Shown here: piece by piece, positions 61,620-64,000 of the stretch
Layout: every line of letters starts with the position of its first letter
Numbering within the stretch: the first letter of the stretch is position 1
Source of the DNA: Felis catus
Taxonomy: Eukaryota
Assembly (NCBI RefSeq): GCF_018350175.1
Contig: NC_058368.1
Coordinates: 153,142,001-153,206,000, forward strand
DNA length: 64,000 bases
Direction of reading: 5' to 3'
Position numbers and translations under genes: made by a program
The notes under the pieces: model-generated
Databases searched by the model: none
What the model was told of the DNA's origin: nothing
Seen by the model: only the letters and a program-made list of their open reading frames with translations

Positions 61620-63243
61620 AGAACAGTCATCTTTCCAAGTCCAAACCTTGAAAGTGAAGGCCTGCTAACCAATATTTTAGTCATAGACATGTGTGAAGTC
61701 AACAAACTAAGCCAGCTGAAAATGTATTGACTCTACTAGTTCTGAATAGATAATGTCCCTTAAAATAGTAAGAAATTTTAGAACCTAACGTAACCCATGG
61801 TGAACACTAGGTCATTGCCTATCCCATCCAAATAATTTGTAAAAACATTCAGGTAATAAATATTCCCGTAGACTTCTAAGTATTTCAATTGTGTTGACTA
61901 ACCAATGTCCATCAAGATGAACTTGCTTGTTTCCTTTCTCTGTATATTTAATGCACACATCAGATTGTAGATTCTTATTATAAATAACATCAACAAAAGC
62001 CACTGAAACTGAAAAAAAAGAAGAGATAAAAAAATAAGAGGCTAGGAACGATGCAATTCCTACTTATCTCATACCTAAAACAATGTACAAATGCACAAAT
62101 ACTGGATTTATCTTTTCAGTGCTGTCACTGGCATGAAATCCATTGTCTTTGCTGCCAAGTCACTAGCGATACGAAACAGCAGTAGGTCTGCAGCCCACGA
62201 GTATGCGAAGGCAGAAACAAGAGATCAACAGAGACTTTTCAGGGTTGTCTGCCAAGGGAAGAGCAAAAGCAGAAAGCTGTGAAGTCCTTTGAGAGGAAGT
62301 GGCCGCAAGAAGCGGCAGCAGTAATATACAAACCAGCCCCAGCAGAGAAGCCAGAGACAGCCAGAAAGTCACCTGGGAGCTAAGCACCAAGCAAGCCCAC
62401 CACCAGAGGGGCACCAGCCCAAAAAAGCAGAGACCCAGCCAGGAGTGGATGCTTGCTTCTCCCATGAGGGAGTCTTGGCAATGTAACTAACATGTGAAAT
62501 GGAAAGACCAAACCAAAACAAAATTTTATTGAGCGTCTACCAGATCACTTAACTATAGTGAGAGAAACAGAGGACTAAAATCAACATATGCCTCAGACCC
62601 ACGTTTGTCCCCACCCCCATCCCACTCTCACCCCTGCTGATATTTAAAAACCATAATCTCTTCACAAATATTTCTTAAGCTCCTTTTGTGTGCCAGGGTC
62701 CACGCTGCAAATTTAAAGTATAATGGTGAACTGGACATAGTCTCTTGCTTTCTAGGAGGGTAAAGTTTAATGAAAGATACTCTTTTTTTTTTTTTTTTAT
62801 CACAAATTTGTGATTTTTTTCAGCTGAAAACTGAATTTTAATGAAGATTTCATTTCTCGAATTCCCTTGTCCTGCATCATTTTGTGCACTTTCTTAGACT
62901 ATCTAAAAGATAACTGGTTTTATATAGGCCATTTGTAAAGCCTCCACAAAAATGTGGAGATTTTGAAATTGCACATTTTCCCTGTGGCTCCAAAAACATT
63001 ATACCTATTATTTTAACATCTCTATGTTTCAGTTTTTAAAATGTGGAAAAGAGAAACAAAAAATTATCCACATGTCCATGTTCCCATTATATACAATTCA
63101 TCTGTATTAACCCATTATATGGAATTGATCTTTGTTAATATACTGACAAACTTGCTTGTAGTTAAAAAAATTACTATTTGGAAAAAATGGTAAATATTTA
63201 CTATAAAGAATTGAAACAGAATAAAAGCATAAAGATTAAAAAG

Positions 63244-63342
63244 TTTTTTTAAAGTAATCTCTACAGCCAACATGAAGTTCAAACTCATGACCGCAAGATC
63301 AAGAGTCACCTGCTCTTACTTTATGAGCCACGCAGGCACCCC
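63244..63342 (-). mobile_element. Short Can-SINE
   Basis: GATCAAGAGTC...CAGGCACCCC; TSD AAG(A/G)TTAAAAA. Confidence 0.87.
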
Positions 63343-63404
63343 AAGGTTAAAAACCTTTAAAATGACTTCAAAAATAATCCTCATTAACATTAGGTGACCA
63401 TAAC

Positions 63405-64000
63405 AGAAACAGTGATGGCCAGGAATTTTCAAAATTCTATAGCAAAAAACACAAATCCAAAAAGCTTAAGAGAACCCCCAACAAAGAAAATTATACCCAG
63501 GTATATCACAGACTCTTGAAAATCTAAATAGAAAATCATGGGGACAGCTTGGGGAAGTAAAGGAAACATTGCATACAAAAAAAAAGAAAAAGGTAAAAAC
63601 AAACACTATTCTCATCAGAAACCTTGGAAACCAGAAGACAGTATAATGATATCTTCAAAGTCCCCAGACAAACAAAAAACCTGTTAACCTAGAATTCCAT
63701 ATCTGGTGAAAATATTCCCCTAAAATGATAATGCGGGGTGCCTGGGTGGCTCCATCGGTTAAGCGTCCAACTTGGGCTCAGATCATGATCTCACAGTTCG
63801 TGAGTTAGAGCCCCGCGTCGGGCTCAGTGCTGACAGCTCAGAGCCTAGAGCCTGCTTCAGATTCTGTGTCTCCCTCTCTCTCTGCCCCTCCCCCATTCAC
63901 ACTCTTTGTGTGTGTCTCTCTCTCTGTCTCTCAAATATAAAATAAAACATTAAAAATAATAATAATGAAGATGGAATAAAGACATTTTCAGGCAGACAAA
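63405..64000 (+). mobile_element. Old L1 ORF1-region relic, split by a SINE, runs off the window
   Basis: TTCTCATCAGAAACCTTGGAAACCAGAAGACAG...AACCTAGAATTCCATATCTGGTGAAAATATTC...AATAAAGACATTTTCAG resembles L1 ORF1. Confidence 0.75.
63735..63962 (+). mobile_element. Can-SINE (felid type)
   Basis: GGGGTGCCTGGGTGGCTC head, full body, A-rich tail. Confidence 0.94.

Noticed and set aside
62091..62490. Possible next ADGRV1 exon
   Set aside because: No frame gives the expected GLYVFMVYFILHNQ-like peptide; that exon must lie beyond the window.

Overview
This is AT-rich mammalian genomic DNA. Its roughly 55 tRNA-derived Can-SINEs include copies matching the cat SINEC_Fc type, so the source is a felid (domestic cat or a relative). 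The window lies inside the 3' part of ADGRV1 (GPR98/VLGR1, Usher 2C gene) on the + strand. It holds a single 122-bp coding exon (14722-14843) encoding (E)[40 protein letters not shown], the TM6-TM7 region (exon 87 of 90 in human numbering, from recall). The flanking introns are at least 14.7 kb and 49 kb; I found no other ADGRV1 exon. The rest is intronic: Can-SINEs, truncated carnivore and older L1s, L2/MIR relics, hAT DNA-transposon relics, a MER21-like solo LTR and microsatellites. There is also a 3'UTR-only ferritin light chain (FTL) retrocopy with AATAAA, poly(A) and TSD. Apart from the ORF spanning this exon and L1-derived frames, the supplied ORFs look spurious. I cannot support a new biological system here. 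The most interesting signals are retrotransposition footprints (L1-SINE chimera with a fold-back junction, a SINE with a duplicated tail, an inverted mini-L1, three short 3' transductions, repeated target-site reuse), a NAGNAG acceptor at the exon, and a few candidate regulatory sites. Repeat subfamily names come from recalled consensus sequences, and boundaries are approximate to within a few bases.
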